Below, in pieces: positions 1 through 13,941 of a DNA stretch of 63,862 bases. The DNA comes from Rhynchobatus australiae. Lineage: Eukaryota. A program made the translations under genes and the position numbers. The stretch spans positions 26,868,989 through 26,932,850 of the forward strand of contig JAUZTB010000063.1 of NCBI GenBank assembly GCA_034780895.1, in the 5' to 3' direction. Below the pieces are notes generated by a model. That model had not been told where the DNA came from, searched no databases, and saw only the letters and a list, made by a program, of their open reading frames with translations. Position 1 is the first letter of the stretch; the number at the start of each line of letters is the position of its first letter.

Positions 1-1384
1 AATGGGATTGCTCGTAGAAGAGCTATCAGACAGTTGTCAGCAAGTCTCCACACTTCTATACAGATGTCATTTTTTGATCACTGATTGGTACAAAACCACA
101 GATTTCATGTCATATAAGACGGTGATAATAAATTTCACCCAAAACTCTGCTTGAATGGCCACACTGTCATTCACCCTCATTTTCTCTCCATCCTGCACTG
201 CACTTATAGGTGCCAATTCTATATTCCTGGAGGTTTGAGTGTGAGGCGTTTAATTGTGTGCTAATTTGTTCAGATGTTTGATTGTGTCCCATCAGTGCTG
301 AGTTTGAAAGTGTTTTTACATTGGCCAAATTTCTCCTCTGTCATTATCTTTCCACATAACAAAGACTGATGTTTGCCTCGATGTCAGTAGCAGCTACTCT
401 TTTAAAACAAAATCAGTTCATGCAAAGTAAAAGACACTATATAACTGCAAGTATTTTCTTTCTATCAGACAGTAAAAGCACCCTTCACCTTTAGCAAGGG
501 AATTTTGCCTTGCATTTCACCTGTCCTTGATATTCCCAGCCCATGCAGCTAAAAGGTATTTTCGGTCTAAGCACCAGTTTGTGATGAATGTTTGCAATGT
601 ATCTGCCAAAGATTAATAGCTTTAATAACAATGAGTTTCAGGACTTTAAAATAAACTTAAAGAACTTTATAGCCTGATAACGTATATTCAAATTTTGTGA
701 GTTTTCTAAAGCAGTTTGGAAGATACCTGCAGGTTTTGAAAACCTATTTCAGTGCCACTGGGTGGCTAGATCTTCGAAGCACCAGTGCCCCAAATGCCAT
801 CCATCAGTGCTTTCATATCCTCCTGCCTCATTACTGCAAACACCTTTCAGCCCACCCTGTGCAGCTGCTAAAGGGGCAAGATTAAAACAATTCACACTCT
901 CAGTGACTTTATGCCAACAAGTAATTAATTGGTGATTATTTGGCACAATTACAGACTGAAGCAAGAGAATACTTTTGTTGAGGTTGTTTTACTGAATGGT
1001 AGTCACTGATATTTCAGGTTTGAGAAAAAACTGAATGCTTTCACAGTAGAGAACTGCACATTAACATAAAGTTGAGGGTCTGCCACAGCTGACAGCATCT
1101 ATAAAAATAATGGTCGCAGAATAATGAGTTCCCCACTGTCCTAATGTGGCAAACTGCTGCTTGATCTCTTTTCTCTGAAGTATTTGAATTCACCTGTATT
1201 TACGATGGGAATCATGGATCTTAGGTAGCTGGACCTTCTTCAGGAATGGTTGAATGAATGGGATGCAGATGTCATCTCTTCTGTGTGTTCTGTTAGACAT
1301 CAGGCAGCCCCCAGCAAACACAGTCTTTACTTAGTCAAATATGAATAAAATAATTTGCACTCGTGCAGCCTTCCAACTGTAATA

Positions 1385-1760
1385 ATGAAAAAAAAATTGC
1401 CAGAGGAACTCAGTGGGTTGGACAGCTTCTGTTGGGGGAGTGGGCAGGAGGAGGGAGGAACTGCCAAAGTTCAGTGTTGAATTTTGCATCAGGGACAAAT
1501 CGACAGCAACTCCTTCCCTGCACAGATGCTGCTCGACCTGCTGGATTCTTCCCACAGTTTGGCACTCCATATTCCAGCATCTGCAGTCTCTTGTGTCTTC
1601 TCTGTTAATAAGCGATTGCTGAATCAGGAAAGCAGGAAATATTCAGCAGGCCAGGCAGCATCCGTGGGAAAAGAACCAGAGTTAGTGATTCATGTTGATG
1701 ATCCGTCCTGCTGGGCACTTCCATCACTATTTGTTTTAATTCTCAGCGTTTGCAGATTTT
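1385..1760. mobile_element. Two adjacent Penelope-like terminal-repeat (pLTR)-derived short elements
   Basis: Motifs aaatattcagcaggccaggcagcatc and acagatgctgctcgacctgctg...ccagcatctgcagt also flank the Penelope relics at 17.6-20.6 kb and 39.2-39.9 kb. Confidence 0.65.
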
Positions 1761-2257
1761 GGCTTTTAATCACCAATTGGTTACTTCTTGTGTGAATGTT
1801 ACGTTGGCCAATACAGCAGACATTTGTGCACAAGAAGATCCCACAAGCAGTTATGAATACCTTTTTCATTTAGTTTTAAGTGGAACTAGTTGACGAAAGA
1901 ATGTGAGAACTCTGTTTCAACCTCAAATAATGAAAGTCCAGACAGGCGAGTCTTGCTTTAACTGATCATCCATTGGATGATGCCTCTGCTATCTATTTCT
2001 TCTTTTGCAATAGATGGATGGTTCAGCTCAGATTATACGTTCAAATCTGTAAAGTCACAAAAGGCCGGGAAGATTTGGTGTGCAGATGGAAGCAGTGCAG
2101 AGCTTCATCAGCTTGGAGCATGGTTTCTCGAACCAGTCACAGGATCACCCCCTGACGTTCTAGTTATCAAAAACAATCATGAGCACAACAGAAAAGTCAA
2201 GTATTAGACGCACTTAGTTCTGCACCAGTTTGTCCAATTCACACTCCAAATTGAGGT

Positions 2258-2360
2258 TTCATAGCGTCATACAGCACAGAAACAGGCCTTTCAGCCCATC
2301 ATGTCCTGTATTGATGTGTGCTTCACCCTGCCGTGTTCGTACCCTATTCACATTGCCCAG
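2258..2360 (-). mobile_element. CR1-type LINE 3' tail fragment
   Basis: tcatacagcacagaaacaggcctttcagccca terminal motif, shared with copies near 7420, 26830, 39125 and 54268. Confidence 0.65.
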
Positions 2361-3540
2361 TCCACTTCCAGTCGCCCTGCTGCCTCTGCGGCCAATTACT
2401 GCCGCCCGTCCCTTGCTCTGTGCATCCGTGCTCCCGGTTCACCCTACACGGTCCGCTAGGCCACCATCCTTTCAGGTCCGCCTGAACTCCACGCTGCCGT
2501 ATTCCTTTCAGGTCCGCCTAAGCCACACTCTCCCTTTCAGGTTCGCCTCTGTGTTTTCCCCGACCGCCCGCTACCTCTGCGCTCTCCAAGTTCACTCTCG
2601 CTTCGCTCTGGCTTCCCAGACTGTTCCTGCTTCCCTCCACCTGGTGCGCTGGGCTCATCACCTCTTCTCTCTCCGCGGTCCATTTCCAGTCGCCCTGCTG
2701 CCTCTGCGGCCAATTGCTGCCGCCTGTCCCTTGCTCTGTGCATCCGTGCTCCCGGTTCACCCTACACGGTCCGCTAGGCCACCATCCTTTCAGGTCCGCT
2801 TGAGCTCCATCCAGCCGTATTCCTTTCAGGTTCGCTGGAGCTCCATTCTGCCGTATTCCTTTCAGGTCCGCTTGGGCTACAGCCGGCCTTCTCCCTTTCA
2901 GGTCCACTTGAGCTCCACCCTGCCGTATTCCTTTCAGGTCCGCCTAAGCCACACTCTCCCTTCCAGATCCGCCTCTGCGCTTTCCCCGAGCTCCCGCTAC
3001 CTCTGCTCACTCCAAGTTCACTCTCGCTTCCCTCCACCTGGTGCGCTGGGCTCATCACCTCTTCTCTCTCCGCGGTCCACTTCCAGTCGCCCTGCTGCCT
3101 CTGCGGCCAATTACTGCCGCCCGTCCCTTTCTCTGTGCATCCGTGCTCCCGGTTCACCCTACACGGTCCGCTAGGCCACCATCCTTTCAGGTCCGCTTGT
3201 GCTCCATCCTGCCGTATTCCTTTCAGGTCCGCCTAAGGCACAGCGGCCTTCTCCCTTTGCGGTCCGCCTGAACACCCTGCGGGTCCGCCTCCAGTTTACC
3301 ATTTCCACTCCGGGTCACCCCGCCGCCTCTGCGCTTTCCCCGACCGACCGCTACCTCTGCGCACTCGAAGTTCACTCTCGCTTCGCTCTGGCTGCCCAGA
3401 CTGTTCCTGCTTCCCTCCACCTGGTGCGCTGGGCTCATCACCTCTTCGCTCTCTGCGGTCCACTTCCAGTCGCCCTGCTGCCTCTGCGGCCAATTGCTGC
3501 CGCCTGTCCCTTGCTCTGTGCATCCGTGCTCCCGGTTCAC
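2361..3540. repeat. GC/CpG-rich higher-order tandem repeat (minisatellite), truncated by a gap
   Basis: Block tccacttccagtcgccctgctgcctctgcggcc recurs at 2361, 2679, 3076 and 3459 (periods 318, 397, 383). An internal ~36-bp subunit (tcctttcaggtccgc...) varies in copy number. Confidence 0.92.
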
Positions 3541-5036
3541 NNNNNNNNNNNNNNNNNNNNNNNNNNNNNNNNNNNNNNNNNNNNNNNNNNNNNNNNNNNN
3601 NNNNNNNNNNNNNNNNNNNNNNNNNNNNNNNNNNNNNNNNNNNNNNNNNNNNNNNNNNNNNNNNNNNNNNNNNNNNNNNNNNNNNNNNNNNNNNNNNNNN
3701 NNNNNNNNNNNNNNNNNNNNNNNNNNNNNNNNNNNNNNNNNNNNNNNNNNNNNNNNNNNNNNNNNNNNNNNNNNNNNNNNNNNNNNNNNNNNNNNNNNNN
3801 NNNNNNNNNNNNNNNNNNNNNNNNNNNNNNNNNNNNNNNNNNNNNNNNNNNNNNNNNNNNNNNNNNNNNNNNNNNNNNNNNNNNNNNNNNNNNNNNNNNN
3901 NNNNNNNNNNNNNNNNGTGGATCACAATGCATTCATCCACTGTTGATTCTTAATGCAGAAAATCAAACACTGAAACTAGAACAGTGGCCTGGATTCCCCT
4001 TTCCTTATCATGCAGTCTCCAGCTGGCTTTTGGACAAGTTCTGGTAAATGTAGCAAGAGCCTATTCCTTCAGAAACTGACTGCCAAATCTTTCAACAACA
4101 TCTTGGGTGGATGGTGGGAGCACCAAGGATTGGAATCAGTTAAGGATGACCTGTTTCCTCTTAACAGCCTTTGCTAATTTCCATATCTAGAGATGGCATA
4201 CAGTGAGAACTAGCATACAGCAGGGGACATTGATCAGATGAACCATTTTGTCCTGATTGCTGTCATGTTTCTTGCATGTTGTTGAAGCCAAATTTGTCCA
4301 TTTAAACAGTGAGTCGGAAAGACAAAAAGAAGTAATGGTAGATACGATGAATTAATCATATTCATACAACTGTGTGCACAGATGATAACCGTGAAAGGGT
4401 AAAGTACTCTGAGATTCCCAGAGCATCTAAAGATATCATATAAAAATCAAGTTCTTCTTTCTGCATTTGATGGAAGGATCAGTGTATGAATGGCTTTTAA
4501 GAAAACAAGTATCTTCTCTGCACTTCTGGCGGCTGAGTCCACTGAGAAATTCCTGACAGCGGAGGTGAACTTCGGCCTGGATACCTTTGCATCAACTCAA
4601 TGATTCCTACTGACCTCTTTTACAGATGAGAAATGAATGTTGGTGAAAAGGGAGAGTCTGTGCAACAGGCCAGTGGTTGCATACAGCACGGTCATAGCCA
4701 CCTCCCAGAGGGTGTGGCAACTACCACGGTAGGTTTGTACCACACACATGATGGACCCAAAAGAAATGTGTAAATGGTCTTTGTCCTGATACCTCATGCT
4801 GCCTTCTCATCTGGAGCCATATGGGTACAATGGGAAACTCAATGAGATTCCAGCCTCCCATGCCACCAGCCCTGAAGCGCATTTAAGATAAGATGAGATT
4901 TTTATTAGTGGATAGCTGGGCCCCAGTCACTGATGCCTGCAGTATTCCACTGGTCACAGTCTGCTTATCTTCACTTTTTTTCTTTCTGTCTATAATCTGT
5001 ACATTGCCCCCCAACTCCATGCTTCCAGCTCCAACG

Positions 5037-5206
5037 TAGCACGCCCACAACTTCCTAACCCGTATGTCTTTGGAAACCGGAGCACCTGGAGGAAACCCAC
5101 GCAGTCACGGGGAGAACGTACTAATTCCTTACAGACAGCGGCCGGAATTGAACCCGGGTCGCTGGTGCGGTAGTAGCATCACGCTAACCGCTGCACTACC
5201 GTGCCT
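5037..5206 (-). mobile_element. tRNA-derived SINE (V-SINE/HE1-like)
   Basis: Minus strand has A-box-like ggcacggtagtgcagcggttagcg, B box ggttcaattcc and V-domain-like gttctccccgtgactgcgtgggtttcctccaggtgctccgg. Homologous to 57751-58040 and 32370-32560. Confidence 0.88.
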
Positions 5207-6074
5207 ACTTTCACTGAGATGTGAACTTGCTTTACTTCATCTAGAAGTTTTATCACCCATACCTACCCCACAGAAGTAACCAATGACATTGGATGTGGCG
5301 ACCTGCAGCTGCCCTCATCGTACTGGCAGGTCTCATTCAGTTACACTGGTTGAATGTTGCTGCAAGCCTCCCTTCCCCCCTCCACCAACCCTCGTCTCAC
5401 AGCAGCAGCAGACGTCACAGACAGCCGCCTTGCTCCATTCTCCTTGGCATTTTCTTGCTCGGCTGCTGGATCACCAGGTGACTAACCAAGTGGCACATTT
5501 TCAATATGCACCTCACAAATATCCTTCAGAACCTTCCCCTGCAAATAGGATTATAAAAGCAATCATTACACAATCCCTCAGAAGTTTTCACAATGCTGCA
5601 ATTAGATTACCTATTTCTGCAGCATCGAAATCAATATTATATGATTAGTAGCTCTTCAGGGTTACATGGAAACCTGGATAATTCCATCATGCAGTCTTGA
5701 ATTCTGGTGATACTTGACTGTCTATTAATGAAACATTAGCAACACTTTGTATGTGCATCCCTTCATATCTGGGCGATGTGATTCAGGGAGCAGAGGGATT
5801 AACACACTTTGCATTATTACACAGGTAATTATTGCTAAGAACAGAAATTTAAAACCTATAATAACCTGAAATTATTTCTCTCTGTAAAATTATCATGCCT
5901 CTTCCTTTAGCTTATTTTGTTTTTAAATATGGTAACCAACTCTTTGAACATTGAACACTGAAGATTAANNNNNNNNNNNNNNNNNNNNNNNNNNACAAAA
6001 AGTATTAACACCTGAACTGAATTTGATGAAGTTGGTTAATTCAGTCAGCTATCAGGAGATACTGACTTCTTCAA

Positions 6075-6410
6075 ATAGCGGTGAGATCCTTTACATTCCC
6101 CCGATCAAAGAAAGACTGGGTGTTACACTCTTTGGAAATATTCCAGTTCCTTCTCAATAGTATTATCTCACTGAAATGACAGCATTTATTTTATATTCCA
6201 CTCCTATGATCTTATGAATATGAGCTAAGAGTACTACTAATAAAATCAAGTTGACACTCAAACGGATAGAAGGTAAATGTATCCACATAAGAGGGCAGCT
6301 TTAGCTTCCATTTAACATTTCTTCTGAAAGACAGCACGTGTGGAACTGCAGCATTCCCTCGGTGTTTCCCCGAGCTGTCAGCCTGGCTCACACGTTCAGT
6401 TCTCTGGAGT
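6075..6410 (-). mobile_element. Two decayed Deu-domain SINE fragments (SacSINE/AmnSINE-like)
   Basis: atccacataagagggcag...tttaacatttcttctgaaagacagcac...gcagcattccctc...tgtcagcctgg resembles the recalled Deu core; related copies near 1810-1990, 22180-22440 and 28890-29040. Confidence 0.6.
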
Positions 6411-7416
6411 GCTTCTGTCAGGGAAAGGATGCAGCACTGACACACTGAGGGGACATTTATCACTGTTTACCTTCGATAAATGGTTAAATAAATTAATTCT
6501 GCAGTGGGGAAGGGGTTGGGAGTCACATCTCCATGGTGTTGTGGACGGTTGTGTTTCAGTGGAGAGCTGCTATCACATTGGTACCATTCTTATATTGTTC
6601 TCATTGAGTGTGGGTTACAGGCTGCACGTTGGGCAATGAATTTTCATAGCGTTTAAACTGAAGTTGATCTCAAAGCCTGAACGACGACCAGCAAAAATAG
6701 TAGCTGGCACCACATGAGGCAGCATTTGCATTTACCACCATTGGTGAAGCTACCTCCTGAGGGCCCAGGAATCTAGAAGCTGATGCGACACATCCAAATG
6801 CAACATCCTAATCTCAGTTATATTTTGCTGCCCTTTAATGTAAACATGGCATCAAATGTACTCATATTGGATGTGTTTTATTTCTTGGACTGTTTCTTGT
6901 CTGAAATATTTCATGTGTCACCTTGAAANNNNNNNNNNNNNNNNNNNNNNNNNNNNNNNNNNNNNNNNNNNNNNNNNNNNNNNNNNNNNNNNNNNNNNNN
7001 NNNNNNNNNNNNNNNNNNNNNNNNNNNNNNNNNNNNNNNNNNNNNNNNTACTGACAAACAAGTACTCATCAAAGGCAATTCTTTGTAGAGTAGACAAGCT
7101 GTTCAAGCATTAAATAATCTCTTAAAAAAAACTCAGCTAGAAACCCAATGGGGGGAAAATGGCTCCTTGCATCTTCAGGACTACTGGCAAGTGATTGGCA
7201 GCTATTTGCCAGTGATGAGAAGAAAACATTGAAAGCAAAACACAGAGCAGGAGAGAAACTAGCTGACCATTTTAGAAAGGTTGTATCACAGGGGCTTAAA
7301 TGCTTGATTTTTCTTTGGTTTTAACCAACATTATCAAAGAAAATACTTGTACCAACAGCAGAGTTGTTTATGATCTGGCATTCCAATTGCCCGTAAATTA
7401 CTTTAATCCAGTTATT

Positions 7417-7560
7417 GAGTCACAGAGCACTACAGTATAGAAATAGGCCCTTCAGCCCATCCAGTCCATGCTGACCTGATCTTCTGCCTGGTCCCATCTA
7501 CCTGCAGCCAGACCACATCCCTCCAAACCCCACCCCCCACCCCCATCCAGGCACCCATCA
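7417..7560 (-). mobile_element. CR1 LINE 3' end fragment
   Basis: gagtcacagagcactacagtatagaaataggcccttcagcccatc tail motif. Confidence 0.65.
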
Positions 7561-7959
7561 ACAATAGAAAGTCNNNNNNNNNNNNNNNNNNNNNNNNNNN
7601 NNNNNNNNNNNNNNNNNNNNNNNNNNNNNNNNNNNNNNNNNNNNNNNNNNNNNNNNNNNNNNNNNNNNNNNNNGATGGGGCTCAGGTGTGTGTCATTATG
7701 TAATCAGTCCAGTATGGAATCCATGTGCTGGACAACAAGGCATTAAAGGAGCCAAATTGAGGGCCAGAACTCAGAACCATGACAATGTTGTCTTTCACAT
7801 AGAATTCAAAGGGACAAACTGGAATAAAATGAAGTTTAAAGGAGTTTAAGAGATGATGGATGAAAGGTTGATGGGAAGGTCTGTGGAGGAATCAGTGTAA
7901 AGGTAGCGAAGTGTGGATAAGCAGAAGGAGCTGAAGATTAGATGCGAGGTGAGAACGTC

Positions 7960-8490
7960 TGAACAACTGCAACTTTATCAGGCCCTGGTGTGCAGTCTTG
8001 GTCTCCTTACATAAGGAACGATGTACTTGCCGTCGAGGAAGTGCAGAGAACAGTCACTCTACTTGTTTCAGGCGTGGCCGGTTTGCCAGATGAGGAGAGA
8101 TTGTGTAGACTAGGATTCTGTTCTCTGGAATTTAAAAGAATGAATGGAGATCTCATCAAAACATACAACGCTCTTTAAGGCTTGACAGGCTGGATGCCAA
8201 GAGAACACTGCCCCTGGCTGAGAAGTCCAGGATGGGCTCGCAGTTTTAGAATAAGCGGTAAATGGTTTACAGCCAAGACGAAGAGAAACTTTTTTCACTC
8301 AGTGTGTGCTGAACTTTTGGATTCTCTATCCTGGAGGGCTGCAGAGGGCCAGTCATTGTGGTCAATCCAAACAGAGCTTGATAGATTTCTGTGCGGTAAG
8401 GGAATAAAGGAATTGTCCCGGAAAAAAAGGTGGTGATCATCACGAATGGCGGATCAAGCTTGAAGGGCTGGATGGCCCCTTTCTGTTCCT
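7960..8490 (+). mobile_element. CR1 LINE ORF2 C-terminus and 3' UTR (decayed)
   Basis: Translation VQSWSPYIRNDVLAVEEVQRT...GLPDEERLCRLG...LEFKRMNGDLIKTY is typical of the CR1 ORF2 end. Confidence 0.88.
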
Positions 8491-8879
8491 TTTCCTTCCA
8501 TTGTAATGGTCTTCTGTGGATCTGTGGGAGGGGTGCAATGAAGAACTCTTCATACGCAGCAAGTGTGAATGACCCAGCTGCCTACAGGGCGGTGGCAGCA
8601 GAGACAATCAATGATTTGGAAAGGATATTATTTTGTAAAAGAAAGGTGCAGTGCTCTGTTTGCAGAGGAAGGAATGGGAGTAAGTGGATGGCTCTTGGGG
8701 AGCTAGCATGGGACTAAATGGGCTGAATAGCCCCTGTTTCATAATGAATCTGAGAATGTGGCGACAAGAGCGAGTTAGAGACTGGGCATCCTGTGGAGAG
8801 TGACAGTTCCAAACACTTCCCCCTGCCTCCCCCACCACCTCCCCGAGCCCTTCCCACCATCTCCAGGTCACAAGACAGG

Positions 8880-9320
8880 GATGTGATGTGATGTTCTCCA
8901 CCTGTTCAAAGAGGTACGGTTGCACCCAAAAAGCTCAATGCTACCCAGACAAGGTAGCCAGCTTGTCCAGCATTCCATCCAACATCTTAAACATTCACTC
9001 CATCTACCACTTGCATTCTGCAGTAACAGTGGGTATCATCTATAAATTGCCATGGCTTGTTTGATAACACCACCGACATCTTCCAGGTAATCAGGTGCAG
9101 CAACCATCTGAGAATACAGTCTCCCCCTAAGTTCCATTCTAAGTCCCACACCATCCTGACTTGACATTCTTTCATCATTGCTACAAAAGGAGCTTCAGCA
9201 GAAGGATGTGAAAGTACAGTGATTTCAGGAAGTGCCTCAGCATCACTCTCTTAAGGACTATTGTCAATGGGCATTAAATCTGGCTTTCCCCACAGTGACC
9301 ACATCCCATGAAGGAATTAT
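8880..9320 (+). mobile_element. Old CR1/L2-clade LINE 3' end
   Basis: Contains cattcactccatctaccac and cacaccatcctgacttg; resembles, in reverse complement, the old LINE at 53400-53800. Confidence 0.6.
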
Positions 9321-10371
9321 AAATCTGTGCTGTATGCAAATAAGGTGCTGAATTTGCCTCCAAAACAACAGATGACTTATACTTCAAAAGCATTCCTAAG
9401 GCTAAAAGTATTTTGAGCCATCCTAAAGATGTGAAAGTCTTTGAAAAAAATAAGTTCTTTCCTTCTAACGTGTCAGATTTAATGATTTTAACACCATTGC
9501 TGTTTGATTAAAAGCCACAAAGGTTTTGCAGCCAGTTTTAAATGACTTTCTTTTTTTCATTTCCCTATCAGATTTTCTTGGGAGCAAGTCATTTGATTAA
9601 ACTAATTGGATCCTGTCCATGGCCCGTAAACACAGTGACTGCCCGTGGTTAAAGTTCACAGCATGTTAATGGCAGTTTGGAGCAAATAATTCAAGGAATA
9701 TGCTGTCTGGCTATTCAAGAAAATGAGTGTTGTGGAGTAACAATAAATTCACAAGGACACTATAAATTTATACAGTATTTAAAAAGATTTGGTTGAAATA
9801 TATCAATGCAGAATATTTTGTTTGAATGGACAATAATATACCAAATTTTTCAAAGACACATTGATGGTTAAATAGCACAGATATATGGTTAGCAGCAAAG
9901 TGATGTGCATGCCACTGACCTCAAAGAAACCTGACTACAAAGATCCATTTTCTCTTTTAATGACAACTGTTACTTTTGTGTGTCACTTTTCAGCCACATT
10001 GAAACTGAGTTGAAGTGATATCATCAAGCACTAGAAGCAGGCAATCACTGAGGACATGTCACAAGCAGCAAACCGAAAAGTAAGAAGCACAAATTTTACC
10101 AAATCTCTTTTAACATTGAAGAAGTAAAGATTAAAATGTTCACATGAAGTTAAGGTTGGAATCTCAATGTTATAAATATTTTTTTCAACATGTTGTTTTA
10201 CAATCTGTTATATTTTGAAATATTTGCCTGAGGGAATGCAACTAACATAAAATTAGTATTTGGGGGCTATTGAGATTCACATCATTATAAACTTACTTAT
10301 ACATTCTGTAGCAAAGTGTAAAATTTTTAGTGATTTTTTACAGTGAGGATAGTCCATAAATACCTTAAGTT

Positions 10372-10567
10372 TTCATCAAGTCTAGTCAGGTTGAATTTAT
10401 TGCCATGTGCACAAGTAACATGAGGTACGGGTACAATGAAAAACTTGTAGCAGCAACACAGGCACATAGGTTCAGACAACACATGGAATATAAATTGTAC
10501 ATAAATTATATATAAATTATACAAGACTGTGAAGAGAGAGAGAGAAAAGAGATGATGCAAAAACAAG
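10372..10567 (-). mobile_element. Rex1/Babar-like LINE 3' UTR fragment
   Basis: tcaagt-like tail, then tttattg...gtacaatgaaaaacttg, similar to the 3' end of the Rex1 copy at 18750-18960. Confidence 0.5.
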
Positions 10568-12724
10568 NNNNNNNNNNNNNNNNNNNNNNNNNNNNNNNNN
10601 NNNNNNNNNNNNNNNNNNNNNTCAGGTAATGCAAGAGTCCTTGGTGGTTCAGGCCACTGTTTCCTGAAGATTACATTGTGGAAAAATGAGAGCAACATCT
10701 GTACTTCCATATTTAATTGTGCATGTGCTTAGTCCTAAAGCTGCTGCCAGTTTCACAGTGGTACACAGTGAATCCTGACAATTTCACCGTCACTTCAACC
10801 TCAGAGTCCGAGACAATAATTTTGAAGGCTAGCCAGAAGAATGTATTTACTTTGAATAGCATCCATCAATTATCCATGGCATGGTTATCACTTCTCAAGA
10901 GAATCCAATGAACATGCAAATGCAATTTTGCATAATTTGACTTTACAACCATCATACAACAAGCTGAATCATTTCTGTCAAAAGGAAGTTCTTGCAGCAA
11001 GCATTGACCAAATGACTGCACTGAAGCCTGTAACATATGGTGTCAATTACACAATTATCTAGCATGATACTCTCTTATCTTATACTCTCAATAACTATCA
11101 GCCAGGCTACCTGGACAAATAAGGCATTGAGAATAACAGGATCACGCATTAGGCATTGAAATCTCACAAAATGGGCTGCAGACAAATCAAACCTACTCCA
11201 CACTCTGCATGCAGCATTTCACCCAGCTTTTCAAGTGTGCAACACCACAAAGTGCCCAGAGTGGGATGAACAGCAGCAGATAGAAGTATTTCAAGGTTGG
11301 AGATCAGACAAAGGGTAGAAAAACTGCTTTGTTGAGCATCACTCTGTCCCACTAAAGACCTCTAACACATTCCACATAAACAGTTGATCTGCAATAGCAA
11401 CCACGTGTAAGCTTCCACAAATACATCTTTAGAAAAATCAAAACTAATACAGTTCTAACAAGCAGCCAACACCCTTTATATGCCTATAGTGCCCAAAAAT
11501 TAACTATACAACCAGAAAATTCATCCACATTATTCTAGAAGAGCTATTTAAATTAGGTGACCTCATGTTATCAATTAATGTCAATACATAATCTTAAGGA
11601 TTGGTTCAGTAGGTGGTATATTGGTCCCTGCAATGGGGTGACATTTTTGTATTTTAATTTTTATTGGTTGAGGGGGGAAAATAGAGTAAGAATTTTTTAA
11701 AGGTAAATTTCACCAATTTCATGATTTTCTCCAGGGATCCACAACTGGGCAATCAGATGGCTTGTTTAAGAATATTTTTTGTGAGTGAGATCCAATTTCT
11801 AGGTGGAGGNNNNNNNNNNNNNNNNNACACTGTCCTCGCTCCAAGGCTCTTCAATACTGTGCACAGGAGGAACACAGACAGGGAAACATTACTGGAGTTT
11901 TGAGCCTATCACCTTAACCACTTGGTCAAGGCAGATGGTATGAATTGCTAAAAGTGTACAGATATTAAAGGGTGTGTTAAAGGCAGGAATCTAATCAAAA
12001 GGTTTGTACACTTAATATACAGTATAACATGAAAGATATACCTGAGGGAATTATAGGTTTAAATCAATTTGAGAGCTAAAGGTGAATTATTCTTAGATCA
12101 ATCGAATTAGTTACAGGCTGGGATCTAATTCAAATTGCAAAGGGTTCCCATTGTTTTGGCATTGTTTAAGATCATTTTTTGGTTAATTTGAATGAAATTG
12201 CAAGAACGGAACTTGTCTTTGATGGTTATCAGAAAAGTGCAGAGTTTAAATCTTAACACCTGAGCAAACGCCTCAACTCTTCCTGTGGAACAGGTACTTG
12301 CACAGCATCACATTGCTGAAATGTCTTTCTGGGCCTTACAACATGTGCCTTTTAGGGTGCTCTTTTATTTCAGGACAGCCAGCAACAGGACACAAAAGGC
12401 AGTGAAATGTATCATTGTGAAGGGTTTTAGCCGTAATGGCTGTAATCACTATCAGTCTGCTGATAAATTGGCTCTTCTCTCGCGTCTCGTGGCAGTTTTA
12501 ACTCACATCTGTATCCTCTGCGTCCAGNNNNNNATTTAAGGACTGAACATGAGAGTCACAGAAAGCAAGAAGCTTGTGAAGTGTGAAGCAGTCAAAGCGT
12601 GACACTTTGAAGCAAGAAAAATAGCAGTGAAAAAGAAATAAGAATAGAGGGAATTTAAAATTTGCTGACCTTAAGCTGAGCTAAATGAACGTAATGTAGG
12701 AAGAGGCATTTTGATCAACATTGT

Positions 12725-13020
12725 CATAGAACCAGAGAACATTGATGTAGCAGGAGACCACTTGATCCATTTTGCCTGTACCAAAGGACTAGCCAGCTTC
12801 ACCCCACCTTCCAACACTGGTCCCATGGTCCCGTAGGTTCCAGCCTCTTAAATACACATCCAACTGATGAGGGTATCTTCTCTATCAGACCCCTAACATT
12901 CTCTGAATGGAAAAACTTTCTTATCTAAACCTTCCACCAATAAGTATTCATTTACACCCCTGGTATTGACCCCTTTACTAAGGTAAGTCCTTTCTATTTA
13001 TTTCATCTAGGCTTTATTAG
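12725..13020 (-). mobile_element. Decayed CR1 3' fragment
   Basis: catagaaccagagaacat...gcaggagacca tail followed by degraded CR1-like 3' sequence. Confidence 0.55.
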
Positions 13021-13941
13021 ATGGATATACCTACAAGCTATAACACAATGATATATGACATTTATTTAAAATAAGAACCATTATCTAAAATGTATTTTAT
13101 ATTGCTTTCCAAACCAAAGGAAGTTAAGCTATTGTGAAGGACTCAATGGTGTACATCTTTAGCTGGTAAGGAAGCTGGTACCTTAAGACTGGCAAGTTGT
13201 TTACACCTTATGGGATTGTGTCTGTTTTTATTGTGTGCATCATGCCTGCCGTTCAGTTGAAGACTGTCTGCTATAACAGACAGCTGTGTTCACTTGAAAG
13301 CTCCATTTCCAAGTGAGTGAGAATGATGGGGATACTCAGCTCCAGAGACCAGCTCACAAATGCTGTAAATCATTTCCACAATTTAAGAAACAATTTGAAT
13401 GTTAAAATGTACGTACATGATCAGAGTTATGGTTCAGGTTGGGATAAAAAATAATCAGAGCATTTTTATCTTCTGTATACTAGGTGCTGAAATTCATTAG
13501 CTGTTTTTAAAATATAACTAGCAATATTCTGTTGAACAAATCTTGCAGAACAAATATAGGAGGATAGTTAATTTTTTTACAGGTGACTGGTAATGCTGAA
13601 CAAATCATCAGTTGTAGTAGTGATGCCTGGGAAATTCAGCAGACACCAACATATTTGCACTAATTTATGGTTGAGAAAGTTTGCAATAAAATCAATCTAT
13701 AATTCATATTAATGTGGGTCTAACAGCAATGATGTCTATTTTTGTCCAATTGAAATTGCACCTTCTGCCCTAATAACCCTCAATACCTCATTCTGGATNN
13801 NNNNNNNNNNNNNNNNNNNNNNNNNNNCAGAAGTTCTTTAAGATGGAAAACCAATCGACTGTGATGTTAAAAACTATTCTTGCATTACCACAATGTGTCA
13901 TCTTTATTATCTCTGAGGGTTCTGCAGACTGCTATCAGCCA

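Noticed and set aside
2786-2945. CRISPR-like spacing of a ~36-bp repeat
   Set aside because: The intervening sequences resemble each other rather than being unique spacers, there are no cas genes, and the context is vertebrate; it is a minisatellite.
2230-3174. 314-aa ORF and overlapping ORFs
   Set aside because: Lies in the GC/pyrimidine-rich tandem array; several frames on both strands are open and the peptide only mirrors the DNA repeat.
3199-4047. Long X-containing ORFs (also 18767-19652 and others)
   Set aside because: Artefacts of translating through N gaps.
5130-5206. tRNA-like A and B boxes (also near 32370 and 57990)
   Set aside because: These are SINE heads joined to a V domain, not complete tRNA cloverleafs.
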